A DNA stretch of 64,000 nucleotides from the NCBI GenBank assembly GCA_016839705.1, contig JAEOTR010000006.1, positions 1 to 64,000 of the forward strand, in the 5' to 3' direction. A model generated the notes under the pieces. It made no database searches and was not told the origin of the DNA. It saw nothing but the letters and a program-made list of their open reading frames with translations. Of this stretch, positions 39,150-49,259 are shown piece after piece. Made by a program: the position numbers and the translations under genes. Origin of the DNA: Promethearchaeota archaeon. GTDB lineage: Archaea > Asgardarchaeota > Lokiarchaeia > Sigyniarchaeales > SOKP01. Numbering within the stretch: the stretch's first letter is position 1; the number at the start of each line of letters is the position of its first letter.

Positions 39150-40175
39150 TTATGGTGTACCCCACTTAATTACACCAGCATTCCATGCCCATCCTATTCC
39201 AGCTGAAACAATAACAACTACATCTCCTTCTTTAATTTTTCCATCTCTAATTCCATATTCTATTGATATTATCCCGTCATTCTGGCCGTTATGTCCAATA
39301 TCTTCGAAATATGTAGATTGAGTGTATGGATCAACGCCAATTGTCTTTGCAACATATTCAAATGCACTTCTTTTCATATGGAGAAGAGCTAAATAACCAA
39401 TATCTTTACGTGAGTAACCCGATTGTTTTAAGGCATTATCAATTACCTTCACAAATGAGCTCATCGAGTACTTGTCTAATCGTTCTTTTAAACCCTCAGG
39501 ATCAGGTACATCCAAAAAATTTCTTCCTTCTTCTAAAGATCTTGGAGTAATAGGTTGAATTGTACCACCCGCGGGTATATAAACATCATCAACAAAACGG
39601 CCATCAGTAATGGCGGTAATACTTAAAATTTCATTTATTTGATAATCCCCCCGGATTATTGCAGCAACCCCACTAGCCGCTAAACTAATCATAAATCTTG
39701 ATCTCTGATTTTTATAATTGATTAAATCAGAATTCCTATAACCGCTTGCTACTAGTATCCTGTTAATATCTGGATTTATTTGAATTAAACTTTTTGCTAT
39801 CAGCATGCCTATTAAAAAACTTCCACATCGTTGATTTACATCAAATGCCCAAGGCTTCAATGGATTTCCCAATAATTGTTGCAGTTTTATGCCATTCACA
39901 ACTAATGGTCGTTCAGCGTGAACCTCCCCAGCCCAAATAATCACATCTAGATTGTCAGGGGTTAAATTTGCTCTTTTTAAAGCTTTGAAACTTGCATTAG
40001 CACCCATTTGGACCGTATGATCTTCTGTTCCTGGTACGGATTTGCTAAACAATCCAAATTTTTCTTCTATTACTTTTTTTGGGATCCCTGTTTCTTTAGA
40101 AATATGTTCACTAGTATGTCTTTCTTTTGGAAGATAAACACCCCATGCTTCTAATCCAACTGGACGATAATTCAA
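39150..40175 (-). CDS. FabH/3-oxoacyl-ACP synthase III-like condensing enzyme
   Basis: GVYLP, AFDVNQRC (catalytic Cys), LLHMK, GHNGQND, SAGIGWAW. Confidence 0.85.
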   Translation of the reverse strand: MNYRPVGLEAWGVYLPKERHTSEHISKETGIPKKVIEEKFGLFSKSVPGTEDHTVQMGANASFKALKRANLTPDNLDVIIWAGEVHAERPLVVNGIKLQQLLGNPLKPWAFDVNQRCGSFLIGMLIAKSLIQINPDINRILVASGYRNSDLINYKNQRSRFMISLAASGVAAIIRGDYQINEILSITAITDGRFVDDVYIPAGGTIQPITPRSLEEGRNFLDVPDPEGLKERLDKYSMSSFVKVIDNALKQSGYSRKDIGYLALLHMKRSAFEYVAKTIGVDPYTQSTYFEDIGHNGQNDGIISIEYGIRDGKIKEGDVVVIVSAGIGWAWNAGVIKWGTP

Positions 40176-40185
40176 TTTTTTTTAC

Positions 40186-41730
40186 CTACTTAAGTTCACG
40201 TTTTAAAATTTTCCCAGCAGCGCTGGTTGGCAAATCTTCTTTTATTTCAAAATACTTTGGGACTTTATATCTTGCTAATTTTTGTAGAAGGTAATCTCGA
40301 ATGTCATCTGTAGAAATTTCTTTTCCAGGTTTTAACGTAATGAATGCTTTGCCAACTTCACCCCATTTTTCATCAGATACACCAATAACTGCAGCTAAAT
40401 CGATTGATGGATGTTTAAATAATATTTCTTCAATTTCAACAGGATATACATTCTCCCCCCCACTGATATACATTTCTTTCTTACGTCCTACAATATAATA
40501 ATAAAAATCCTCATCTTGCTTGGCTAAATCACCTGTATGTACCCATCCATCTGGTTCAATTGTTTTTTTAGTTTCATCAGGTTCGTCCCAATAGCCTGAG
40601 AAAATGTGAGGTCCCTTTAAAAGAAGTTCTCCCACATCTCCTTGTTTCACAATCAAATTAGTCTTCGTGTCAATAATTTTCATATCACAATGAAAAACTG
40701 GTATCCCTACAGATGTAGGTTTTTGTTTGATTTTACTTTCTGGTAAATAGAAATTATTAGGACCAACTTCAGTTAAACCATATCCCATTTTAAAAAGTTT
40801 ATCTCTAGCCCAATATTTCTCCATAATTGCCACTGGGCACGGAGCTCCACCAGATATGAAAATTTTCACCGATGCAAGATTGGTAGAATTAAAATTTGGA
40901 CTATTTGCCATCAGATGATACATCGTAGGAACACCAACTACAATAGTACAATTCTGATCAGTAATTATTCTTAAAGATTCTTCGGGGTTAAAATCTCCCA
41001 TTAGTATTGTTTTAGCTCCCAAATGATAAAAAGGCACTAGTAAAACATTCCAACCTCCTGTATGAAATAGTGGAAAGAAAAGTGGCTGTACATCATCTGA
41101 GTTTAAACTCCATGAAAGTATTGTATTAACAGAATTCCAAAAAATAAGCCTATGAGAAAGAATAGCACCCTTTGGTAAACCTGTTGTTCCACCTGTGAAT
41201 AAAATAAGATGGGGATCCTCAAAATTAATGGATAGTTTTTCAATTTCAGATTTTAAGGCTTTATTCATTAAACGTTGAGACGTCGGATCTCCATGTATTG
41301 ATTTTTTACCCATTACTACGTTCTTTTCAACAAGATTTTTTTTTTTAATCTCTAATGCTTGAGATTCTAATTTTGGTTCGTAAAAAAATATTGAGGGGGT
41401 TGTCTTTTTAATAAGATACTCTAATTCTTGAATAGATAATCTCACATTAAAAGGAACAAGAATAGCTCCGATTTTTCCTGAAGCTAAAAACAAATCTATA
41501 CACTCAATCCTATTAGTTGAAAACATAGCAACACGATCTCCCTTAGATATGCCGTGATCTAATAGAACATGAGCTAATTGTTTTGCTCGAATATTAAGAT
41601 CGTTGTATGTGTAAATTTTTTTTTCAATATTATCAAAAATTGCATGACGATTCGGTGTTAGGCTTGCACGACGTTCCCCCCAATCCCCAATCCATGAAAA
41701 CTCTCCAGTTTTAACCATTATGAAAATCAC
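40186..41730 (-). CDS. Acyl-CoA synthetase (AMP-forming, FadD/MenE-like)
   Basis: LFTGGTTGLPKG, GYGLTE, HTGDL, GRKKEMYISGGENVYP, GKILK. Confidence 0.93.
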   Translation of the reverse strand: MIFIMVKTGEFSWIGDWGERRASLTPNRHAIFDNIEKKIYTYNDLNIRAKQLAHVLLDHGISKGDRVAMFSTNRIECIDLFLASGKIGAILVPFNVRLSIQELEYLIKKTTPSIFFYEPKLESQALEIKKKNLVEKNVVMGKKSIHGDPTSQRLMNKALKSEIEKLSINFEDPHLILFTGGTTGLPKGAILSHRLIFWNSVNTILSWSLNSDDVQPLFFPLFHTGGWNVLLVPFYHLGAKTILMGDFNPEESLRIITDQNCTIVVGVPTMYHLMANSPNFNSTNLASVKIFISGGAPCPVAIMEKYWARDKLFKMGYGLTEVGPNNFYLPESKIKQKPTSVGIPVFHCDMKIIDTKTNLIVKQGDVGELLLKGPHIFSGYWDEPDETKKTIEPDGWVHTGDLAKQDEDFYYYIVGRKKEMYISGGENVYPVEIEEILFKHPSIDLAAVIGVSDEKWGEVGKAFITLKPGKEISTDDIRDYLLQKLARYKVPKYFEIKEDLPTSAAGKILKRELK

Positions 41731-42954
41731 CTAAACAGCTCTGTAGATAGGCCATTTTCTCCACACATATGCAAACAAGATTTCAATCCAGAGAAACCAT
41801 AAAATAAATGGTGTAGGATTCATCCTCCAGTAATTTATATTATCTCCAAAAATAAATGGGGATAAAAGATAATAGCCAATAAAACTAAATGTTCCAATAA
41901 ACATAACTAGCAAAAATCTAAAAAGAAAATTCTTCCATTGAGGAAATTTTTTTGGCCAATTGTCAAAGAATAAAGATACTAACACAACAGCACAAATGAG
42001 AAATATCGCATAAGTAATACTCATCATGTACCAACCTTTAAATCTAGTTACAGCATCAGGAGGTGTTCCCCCAATCGCAATAAAGAAAGGATCGAATAAA
42101 TTTTTAGCAATAATATCAGGAAAAAAATAAGAAATTAGTAAACCTAACAATGTACAAGATGCAAATGCGATAAGTCCTATATATGGTTGTTTCTTCCCCA
42201 ATTTACTCCACGGCCAATACTCAAAAGCCATAAGCGTGAGAAGTGAAAAAAAGATCAACCATTGAGTCCATCCAAGTGAAAAGGCGTAACTGGGAAAAAA
42301 AGTAATGGGTCTAACTGCCGAAGCCTCAGAGGACGCCATAGGGTTTCCTGCGGGGATAAACAATAAAAACCAAACAATTAGTGTTATTGTGTTACCAATG
42401 ATCCAAACAATTACCCCTCGTTTAGGTTGTTTTATTTTAAAAAATGGCCAATACATTGTTCCAGCAACCCAAAGAACCGCAAAAGAAAAACAAGAACCAC
42501 TTAAAGCACCGAAAATTGATGCACCAACGAACCATGCTATATAAGAGTTAGGATTTTGACCACTGTATACTGAATTAAATAAAGGTAAAAACACAAGAAC
42601 GAAAAGACATATAATTACACCATTAATAGCGGTTCCTACAAGCCCTACCTTCCAAGGCGTTTTAAACCAGTTGTAATAAGGCCAATTCTCAAACCAAATA
42701 GCCCACATTACACCAATTAACCCAAACCCACCAATCACAGTTGCCCATGCTGTAATTTCCATTTCATACAAAGGGAGAGGATTGTGCCAACGAGGATCAA
42801 AAAAAATCCACCAGGTGACTAAACTTATTATAAACACTATTAAAATTGAAAGAATACCCGCGATAGGTTGCTTATATCGAGCCATCACTATCATTGGTGC
42901 GTCCTCAGCAGAGGGAATGCCGACTTTTTCGCCTGCGAGAGCCATATTGATCAC
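41731..42954 (-). CDS. Ten-TM membrane protein made of five WP-ending hairpin repeats (putative transporter)
   Basis: ENWP, MYWP, EYWP, DNWP, RKWP at regular spacing, several followed by (Q/T)PxxG. Abuts the ligase gene. Confidence 0.7.
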   Translation of the reverse strand: MINMALAGEKVGIPSAEDAPMIVMARYKQPIAGILSILIVFIISLVTWWIFFDPRWHNPLPLYEMEITAWATVIGGFGLIGVMWAIWFENWPYYNWFKTPWKVGLVGTAINGVIICLFVLVFLPLFNSVYSGQNPNSYIAWFVGASIFGALSGSCFSFAVLWVAGTMYWPFFKIKQPKRGVIVWIIGNTITLIVWFLLFIPAGNPMASSEASAVRPITFFPSYAFSLGWTQWLIFFSLLTLMAFEYWPWSKLGKKQPYIGLIAFASCTLLGLLISYFFPDIIAKNLFDPFFIAIGGTPPDAVTRFKGWYMMSITYAIFLICAVVLVSLFFDNWPKKFPQWKNFLFRFLLVMFIGTFSFIGYYLLSPFIFGDNINYWRMNPTPFILWFLWIEILFAYVWRKWPIYRAV

Positions 42955-43072
42955 TCATTTATTATTAATTATATATCTAATTTAAAAGTAAATAATTAAG
43001 ATATTATCTTGTATTAACCTTAAATCCATTTTAACTTCTTTAAATTTAGCTAATTAAAAAAAAGAAAGAGAA

Positions 43073-43153
43073 TTAATAAAGATCTTTTATATCAAATTCA
43101 AAGTTGAAATCCTTCAATATTTCTTCTATTGGGTACGCGTTTTCTGGATTCCA
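43073..43153 (-). pseudogene. 3' relic of a deleted AOR paralog
   Basis: Translates WNPENAYPIEEILKDFNFEFDIKDLY*, 18/26 identical to the C-terminus of the AOR at 33130 (WNPESAYPLEETLKDLNLGFVITDLY*). Confidence 0.8.
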
Positions 43154-43174
43154 ATCCACTAAATATGCAGACCC

Positions 43175-43299
43175 TAACAAAGAATTCACCAGAAACTACT
43201 CTAAATAGAATCCCTATAAAAAAATATCTACAGCTTTTTGAATTGGCTATTTCTTAATGAGGTAATAATGGTCCTAAATAAACTGTGGATTCTTTGTTA
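43175..43299. repeat. 125-bp segment bounded by 15-bp inverted repeats (MITE-like?)
   Basis: TAACAAAGAATTCAC (43175-43189) vs GTGGATTCTTTGTTA (43285-43299): 14/15 complementary. No target-site duplication seen. Confidence 0.35.
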
Positions 43300-43358
43300 A
43301 ATTTAAATACAAATTTAAATTACTAAATACTGGTAAATAAAACTAAAATCTACAAAAA

Positions 43359-44846
43359 GTGAAAAAAAAAATGAAAAAAACTAAAATAATTACAATTTCA
43401 ATCTTAGGATTGCTATTATTAGTTCCATTTATGACACCTACAGTAGCTGCACCTGCCTCCTATGTTCCTGTGGCAGAAGAAGAAACTTATCTATGGGAGT
43501 TAAGTCAATATAACACTAATTTTGCTCAATTCTTCGCAGACAATATGAGCGATGTGATAGCTACAATCTTTAGCCAACCGATAATTTGGCAAATAATTAC
43601 AGTTTATACTGGTTGGAGCTGGGACAGTATTACACCCCAATCATCTTGGCCTCTTACTGTTAAAGCCATTTTACCTGAAAATACTAGTACATTTCTTCTT
43701 CCTGACTATTTTATCCCAGATAATATAACTCATACACCAGTCTATTTGGGTAGTGGATATAATGTTCTCCATTACCCAGCAGCTAGTACCTTCTACGACG
43801 ATACCTGGTATATAGTAAATGATACAGCTAGTTTTGCGAAACAAAGTTTATTTGGGGGGACGGCAACTTCTCCCTATATGATAATGGGCGTTCCATTTGG
43901 ACCTAAGAATATAAACTGGACCGAATTTGTTGCGGTGGCTAATGGGGGAATGGGTGGTGGCTACTGGACAGGGGATGCTGTAAATACTACAGTAACTGCT
44001 TTATCTGATGGATATTCATTGTCTGTACCTATCTCTGGTTATGGAAGTAATACCCTACCTATAACTATAAATGTTTCCTATAATGCAAATAGCATTCTTG
44101 ATAACTACACATTTCAATATGGAGCCCTTACGCTTTTCTACTATGAACTAGTTTCATATGAAGCTGATGGTGTAAATCCAGTAACAACTTCTCCAAGTGA
44201 TTTTGCCGTTGCTCATGACTACACTGGGGAAAGTATTTCATGGACCGCAACAGATGCAAATCCTGGTAATTACACAATAAAGCGCGATGCTATCACCGTT
44301 GTAACACCAACTCCATGGGCAAGTGGTACGCCAGTTACTTACAATATTACGGATGGGTTAGCAGAAGGTGCTTCTTATACATTTGAAATCACTTTTTCAG
44401 ATGCATATGGGAATTCTGTATCTGATTCAGTAGTGATGACTGTAACCGTTCCTGATACAACGGACCCTGTTATAACAAGCGCTCCGAGCGATTTAGTTGT
44501 TGCACACGGTTATACAGGACAAAGTCTTTCGTGGACGGCAACAGATGCGAATCCTGGTACTTATGTTATAAAATGTAATGGAACACTTGTCGTTGTACCA
44601 GCAACTGCGTGGATAAGTGGTACACCAGTTACTTACAATATTCCGGATGGATATGAACCAAGTGTTACTACATATGAAATTACTTTTTCAGATGTTATTG
44701 GGAATAATGTATCTGATTCAGCTACACTAACTGTAAATCCCGCAACAACACCCCCTGGCATTCCAGGATATGAGCCTTTAATAGTCATAGGTATCACCGG
44801 TATTGCGTCTATTTGTTTAATAATCTTTAAAAAGAAAAAGAGATAA
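43359..44846 (+). CDS. Surface glycoprotein with two Ig-like repeats and IPGY-TM-basic sorting signal
   Basis: Signal peptide, two 96-aa repeats (SWTATDANPG, SGTPVTYNI, EITFSD..GN.VSDS), C-terminal IPGYEPLIVIG...KKKKR. Confidence 0.85.
   Translation: MKKKMKKTKIITISILGLLLLVPFMTPTVAAPASYVPVAEEETYLWELSQYNTNFAQFFADNMSDVIATIFSQPIIWQIITVYTGWSWDSITPQSSWPLTVKAILPENTSTFLLPDYFIPDNITHTPVYLGSGYNVLHYPAASTFYDDTWYIVNDTASFAKQSLFGGTATSPYMIMGVPFGPKNINWTEFVAVANGGMGGGYWTGDAVNTTVTALSDGYSLSVPISGYGSNTLPITINVSYNANSILDNYTFQYGALTLFYYELVSYEADGVNPVTTSPSDFAVAHDYTGESISWTATDANPGNYTIKRDAITVVTPTPWASGTPVTYNITDGLAEGASYTFEITFSDAYGNSVSDSVVMTVTVPDTTDPVITSAPSDLVVAHGYTGQSLSWTATDANPGTYVIKCNGTLVVVPATAWISGTPVTYNIPDGYEPSVTTYEITFSDVIGNNVSDSATLTVNPATTPPGIPGYEPLIVIGITGIASICLIIFKKKKR
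44175..44750 (+). repeat. Intragenic tandem duplication, 288-bp period
   Basis: Near-identical DNA blocks, e.g. gcaacagatgc[a/g]aatcctggta and ccagttacttacaatatt, in both copies. Confidence 0.8.
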
Positions 44847-45025
44847 GTAGTAAACTTAAAATCTAAATTTATTATTTTTTTTGATTTTTTTTATCTTAAC
44901 TTGAAAATTGGTTTAGTTTAAATTTTTAATATTTTAGTATTTTATTATTGAATTCTTATTTCTTTTCATCTATTTAAGAGATTTTTTTTAGCTGATTTCA
45001 ATTGAACATATATAATATAGTAAAA

Positions 45026-46357
45026 TTATAAAAAACGATCTAGGGTTCTTTGAGTTTTAATATAGTTAATTAACTTGCTACCCTTTTTCCAATGTTTAAA
45101 CTCTACAATAAACCCTTCAGTCATTTTGCTGATTGCATCCTTGAAATTGTCTAATTTGGTAGGTTCGCTTGTCCACATCGCATTATTTACAGTCTCTCTT
45201 ATAACCCAAACGCCTAATGGAACAACATACCCTCCAGAAACTTCTCTAAATATGAGAATTCTTGCTTGCTTTTTTATTTTATACAGATACTCACACACTG
45301 ACTTTCTTGCAGCATAATAGGCTCCAGTTATATTACTTGCATAATTTTTTCTCCCTCCGTAAAATTCAAAGTCAGTCATTATCTGTGGTTTTAAACTACG
45401 AGTATTTCCATCAAGAGAAACATTCCATAAAGTATTAGGTGCCCACACTTCATTCATTTCATACATAAACTTCCCAGGGAATAAAAGTATCTTGAAATGG
45501 TTGTCAAGATAAGTAGCTTCAAAAATCTGATAATCATCAATTTCAGGAAACTTCTTAATTTCTTTAATCAAGCCTTTTGATATGATATCATCAACAGCGG
45601 TTATTGTCCAACGAGTAGGTACAATTCTACGCCTTTTTTCTTCACCAAGCAATCCTGCTGAGAAGATTCTTTTTATCGTAGATTCAGGCACATTCCCTTT
45701 GAAATAAAGGTGTTCTGAGACAGCTTCAGTTGCTTTTAGATCTATATCTGATACGCAGTAGTCGACTTGGGGATGCACCTTAGTATTTTCTGTTATGGTT
45801 ATTTTCTCTGTCATGCCAGAAGGTCCCATTGGTAAAGAATGATTATCCATCATCAGGTGTAAATTCATTTTTGATAATTTTGTTTCCGTATCTACGGGTT
45901 GTGCTGCCATTGATAACTCTTGAGATGTTTCTAGAAGTTTTTGAATTTTTAATGAAGGTGTAGTTTTTGGATTCTTGCGACCAATGAACACATTTGTTTT
46001 AAAGTTGCTTCTAACTAGACTGCTTCTATAGCGTATTATATCAACCATCTTTTTCCCAAACCATAGTTCTGGAGCATCAAGGATGTGATAATCTGAGATA
46101 TCAAGCCCCGTTTCAAATTCCTGGTAAGGTACTAATGGTCCTAAATATACATTTGGATAACTAAAGTGTCCTACAAAGAATCCCGGAGGACTTGCCCCAA
46201 AAATCTCGACATTTCTCTGAGTTTTGTCAATCTCGAAAGGAACCATCGATTTTAATACTGATTTCTTTAATAAAATAGGGCACGTTTTTTTCCCGCATAA
46301 CAATCTCCCTCCTTTACAACGAAGGCAAATGTTCTTTTCTGTTTGAGGTCTGACCAA
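45026..46357 (-). CDS. nreA: Archaeal Nre DNA-repair protein with C-terminal PIP box
   Basis: CLRCKGGRLLCG...CP, GASPP, VPTRWTITAVD, GAYYAAR, PLGVWVIRE, QRTLDRFL. Confidence 0.92.
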   Translation of the reverse strand: MVRPQTEKNICLRCKGGRLLCGKKTCPILLKKSVLKSMVPFEIDKTQRNVEIFGASPPGFFVGHFSYPNVYLGPLVPYQEFETGLDISDYHILDAPELWFGKKMVDIIRYRSSLVRSNFKTNVFIGRKNPKTTPSLKIQKLLETSQELSMAAQPVDTETKLSKMNLHLMMDNHSLPMGPSGMTEKITITENTKVHPQVDYCVSDIDLKATEAVSEHLYFKGNVPESTIKRIFSAGLLGEEKRRRIVPTRWTITAVDDIISKGLIKEIKKFPEIDDYQIFEATYLDNHFKILLFPGKFMYEMNEVWAPNTLWNVSLDGNTRSLKPQIMTDFEFYGGRKNYASNITGAYYAARKSVCEYLYKIKKQARILIFREVSGGYVVPLGVWVIRETVNNAMWTSEPTKLDNFKDAISKMTEGFIVEFKHWKKGSKLINYIKTQRTLDRFL

Positions 46358-46538
46358 CTGATTTTCTCTTGAATCTTTTTATACTACTCAAAAATAATTA
46401 ATATCTCTTATTATAAAAAGAAAAGAAGAGTATAAATTTTTAATATTTATAATAAAGAACCAATAAAGCAAGAGAAAAATGTGCTATATTTTAAATTCTA
46501 AAATTAATAACGAAATTATTGAGTAGAGAAAATATTGT

Positions 46539-47114
46539 TTAAGGTATACTGTCATAATCTAAACTATGATAATCCATTATTTTTTTTGCTATTTGTTTAA
46601 AACTATAGAGGATATTGCTATTCTCTTTTGAAGAGGTTTTTATATAATCTTTTTCATTGTGATTTTGAAGGAATTGTTGAATAATATATGAAGCAACTTT
46701 ATAATTTTTGTCAACACCCCGCGCTAAGTCATACTTAGTTCCAACAAGCACCTTGGGACGATCTTGAAGGTTATATTGCACTAAATTATCATACCACCAA
46801 TCTAATTTAAAAAGAGTTTCTATTTTGAGTAGGTCAAAAACCAAAAAGATTCCACTTGCACCTGAAATATAATATCCAAATAATGATTTAAATTGCTCTT
46901 GACCTCCAAAATCCCATATTGAAAGACGAGCAAAAGAATCATCACCTTTAACTACAATAGGAATATCATATGTATAAAAATCTATACCAACAGTAAGTTT
47001 GGTGTCAGCATTAAATGTGTTGAAGCACAACCTCCTAGCCATGCAAGTTTTTCCTACACCACCACTACCAACTAAGCAGATTTTAAATACATATTTTAAT
47101 TGTTTGTCTTCCAT
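46539..47114 (-). CDS. Rab-like small GTPase
   Basis: FKICLVGSGGVGKT, TVGIDF, IWDFGGQEQF, GTKYD, TSSK. Confidence 0.92.
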   Translation of the reverse strand: MEDKQLKYVFKICLVGSGGVGKTCMARRLCFNTFNADTKLTVGIDFYTYDIPIVVKGDDSFARLSIWDFGGQEQFKSLFGYYISGASGIFLVFDLLKIETLFKLDWWYDNLVQYNLQDRPKVLVGTKYDLARGVDKNYKVASYIIQQFLQNHNEKDYIKTSSKENSNILYSFKQIAKKIMDYHSLDYDSIP

Positions 47115-47291
47115 AATTGTCCCCTACGCTAACCGTTTTAATATAAATTTTCAAATGAAAATAGAATTTTTAATATAATTCAATAGAAAAAACGCTTTTA
47201 TTTATATCTTTGATATTTAAAATTGACTGTATTATTCTGTTTTTGAATGAAAATATTTGGTGTTTATTAAATTTTGTAATAATAGGAAGCA

Positions 47292-47882
47292 TTATAATTT
47301 TCTACATAATAATTCTCCTTTCCCTATAGGAACTATAAGTGCATCTACTCGATCATCACTTAAAGCTTTTTCCAACATAGGCTTTAAAGTTTCGTAATGA
47401 TTAATTGCATTATCGGCTATAAGAATTCCTCCTTTAACCAAGTTAGGAATTACCATGTCATAACACTCACCATAGACCTCTTTTTCAGCGTCTAAAAAAC
47501 AGAAAGAAATATCAGTATAATTTTTTAAATAATTCCTAGCGTCACCTGAGATTAATTCAATGTAATCCTCCATATCAGTTTCCTTAAATGTCTCTTTTGC
47601 TAATTTCACTTTATCTTCCAATAATTCAAAAGTAGTAATTGTAGTTCCTTTTAATTTGCACGCAAAAGCTATCCATAACGTCGAGTAACCTGCACTCGTT
47701 CCAATTTCAATAAACTTCCCCTCAGGCGCGGATGCTGCTAAGATTGAAATGAATTTTCCTGTTTCAGGTGGAATTTGGCGTAACCTCTTTAAACGTGGAG
47801 TTCCATCATTCCTATCCTTTGAATCAAGATCCTCAAGAAATTTCATTCTTTTTGTGATACTTTCTGGTACATTATGAAACAT
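47292..47882 (-). CDS. Class I O-methyltransferase (caffeoyl-CoA/COMT-like)
   Basis: [25 protein letters not shown]. Confidence 0.9.
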   Translation of the reverse strand: MFHNVPESITKRMKFLEDLDSKDRNDGTPRLKRLRQIPPETGKFISILAASAPEGKFIEIGTSAGYSTLWIAFACKLKGTTITTFELLEDKVKLAKETFKETDMEDYIELISGDARNYLKNYTDISFCFLDAEKEVYGECYDMVIPNLVKGGILIADNAINHYETLKPMLEKALSDDRVDALIVPIGKGELLCRKL

Positions 47883-47911
47883 TAATAATCCTCTTTTAAT
47901 TATTATACATC

Positions 47912-48802
47912 CTATCTTAAATCAGGTATTACATTCTCAGCTATTTTTGTTAGATTTTGGACGTTTTTGGATTCAAAGAAGGGAAAATAAATAATAAATT
48001 CATCAATTCCAATTTCAATATATTTATTTATTTCACATCTAAAATTCTCTTCTGAATCTAGAATTGTACGACCATGGCGGGTATAAAACATTAAAGAACG
48101 ACGTAGTGTATCTGGATTTCTATTAAGTTCTTTGCAATATTTATCTATCAACTCAACCCGTTTTTTAGTGTTTTCAAAAATCTTTTCTGCAGGAGCTCGC
48201 CAGTCTTCTGATCCAAACGAATTCCATGTATCCGCATACTTAGCTGCAACTTTCAGCATGGTGTTTCCCATCGCAGCAATGACCATTGGTGGTCGAGGTT
48301 TTTGAATTGTTGGCGGATTCATTGCAGCATTATCTAATTTATAATATTTTCCCTCATAACTGGAAACACTCTGACGCAGGAGCCTATCTATTATTTCTAC
48401 TTGATCTTTAAATCGATCAACTCGTTCTGAACCTTGCCAATCTTCAATCTTGAGCATGTTATGAACAGGATCTCTTCTACCACCTGTACCTAAGCCTATT
48501 TCTAATCTTCCATTAGATATATGGTCAACAGTAAGGGCTTGTCGTGCTAACACAGCCGGTCTGCGTAATGGCATTGAAGTCACCAATGTTCCAAGTCTTA
48601 CTCGTTCAGTAACAACAGCGAGAGAAGCTAAAAGTGTCCAAGATTCAAACCAGTTCCCGGTATGATTTACGGGATCTGTAAAGTGATCTCCTAACCATAT
48701 ACTATCAAACCCCAAACTCTCAATTAATCTCCATCGTTTGACTTCCTTTTCCCAAGGAAGGATCTGACTCGTAAATACTCCAAATCGAATTTTATTCCCC
48801 AT
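47912..48802 (-). CDS. LLM-class (likely F420-dependent) oxidoreductase
   Basis: [43 protein letters not shown]. Confidence 0.9.
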   Translation of the reverse strand: MGNKIRFGVFTSQILPWEKEVKRWRLIESLGFDSIWLGDHFTDPVNHTGNWFESWTLLASLAVVTERVRLGTLVTSMPLRRPAVLARQALTVDHISNGRLEIGLGTGGRRDPVHNMLKIEDWQGSERVDRFKDQVEIIDRLLRQSVSSYEGKYYKLDNAAMNPPTIQKPRPPMVIAAMGNTMLKVAAKYADTWNSFGSEDWRAPAEKIFENTKKRVELIDKYCKELNRNPDTLRRSLMFYTRHGRTILDSEENFRCEINKYIEIGIDEFIIYFPFFESKNVQNLTKIAENVIPDLR

Positions 48803-48973
48803 TTTAAATTCCTTTAATGTTTTAATTTGATTTATATAACATCATTTCAATGAAAAGTTTTTACTTTTAGTGACCCCTCCCTTCCTTTTTAAAAGACGTA
48901 AAACAATAATTACTACTTCGATTTAAATAATAAGATAAAATTTTAGTAAAAAATGCAAGATAGGTGTTAATTA

Positions 48974-49228
48974 GTGGGGTATATCAAAGAAACTGCTGAT
49001 GTAGTAAAGGACTCGTTAAAAGGGTTTACTAGCAAGAAAAAATTTAAAAAGTTAATAGATAATATGATCTTCGCGATAGAAACTAATACCGTGAGTAAAT
49101 ACTTTTTTTATAAATATAGGATTTTAGAAGAATTAGCATCATTTATTACTTTAAAAAAAGATAGAGATAAAGATTATTTAAGAAAATATGAAAGAGTGAA
49201 ACATTACTATAAAGAACACTTTTATTAA
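48974..49228 (+). CDS. Hypothetical protein
   Basis: 84-aa ORF, SD-like AGGTG upstream, fills the intergenic gap. Confidence 0.55.
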   Translation: MGYIKETADVVKDSLKGFTSKKKFKKLIDNMIFAIETNTVSKYFFYKYRILEELASFITLKKDRDKDYLRKYERVKHYYKEHFY

Positions 49229-49259
49229 CTTGCCAATTAGACGTAAAACTTATTATCTC

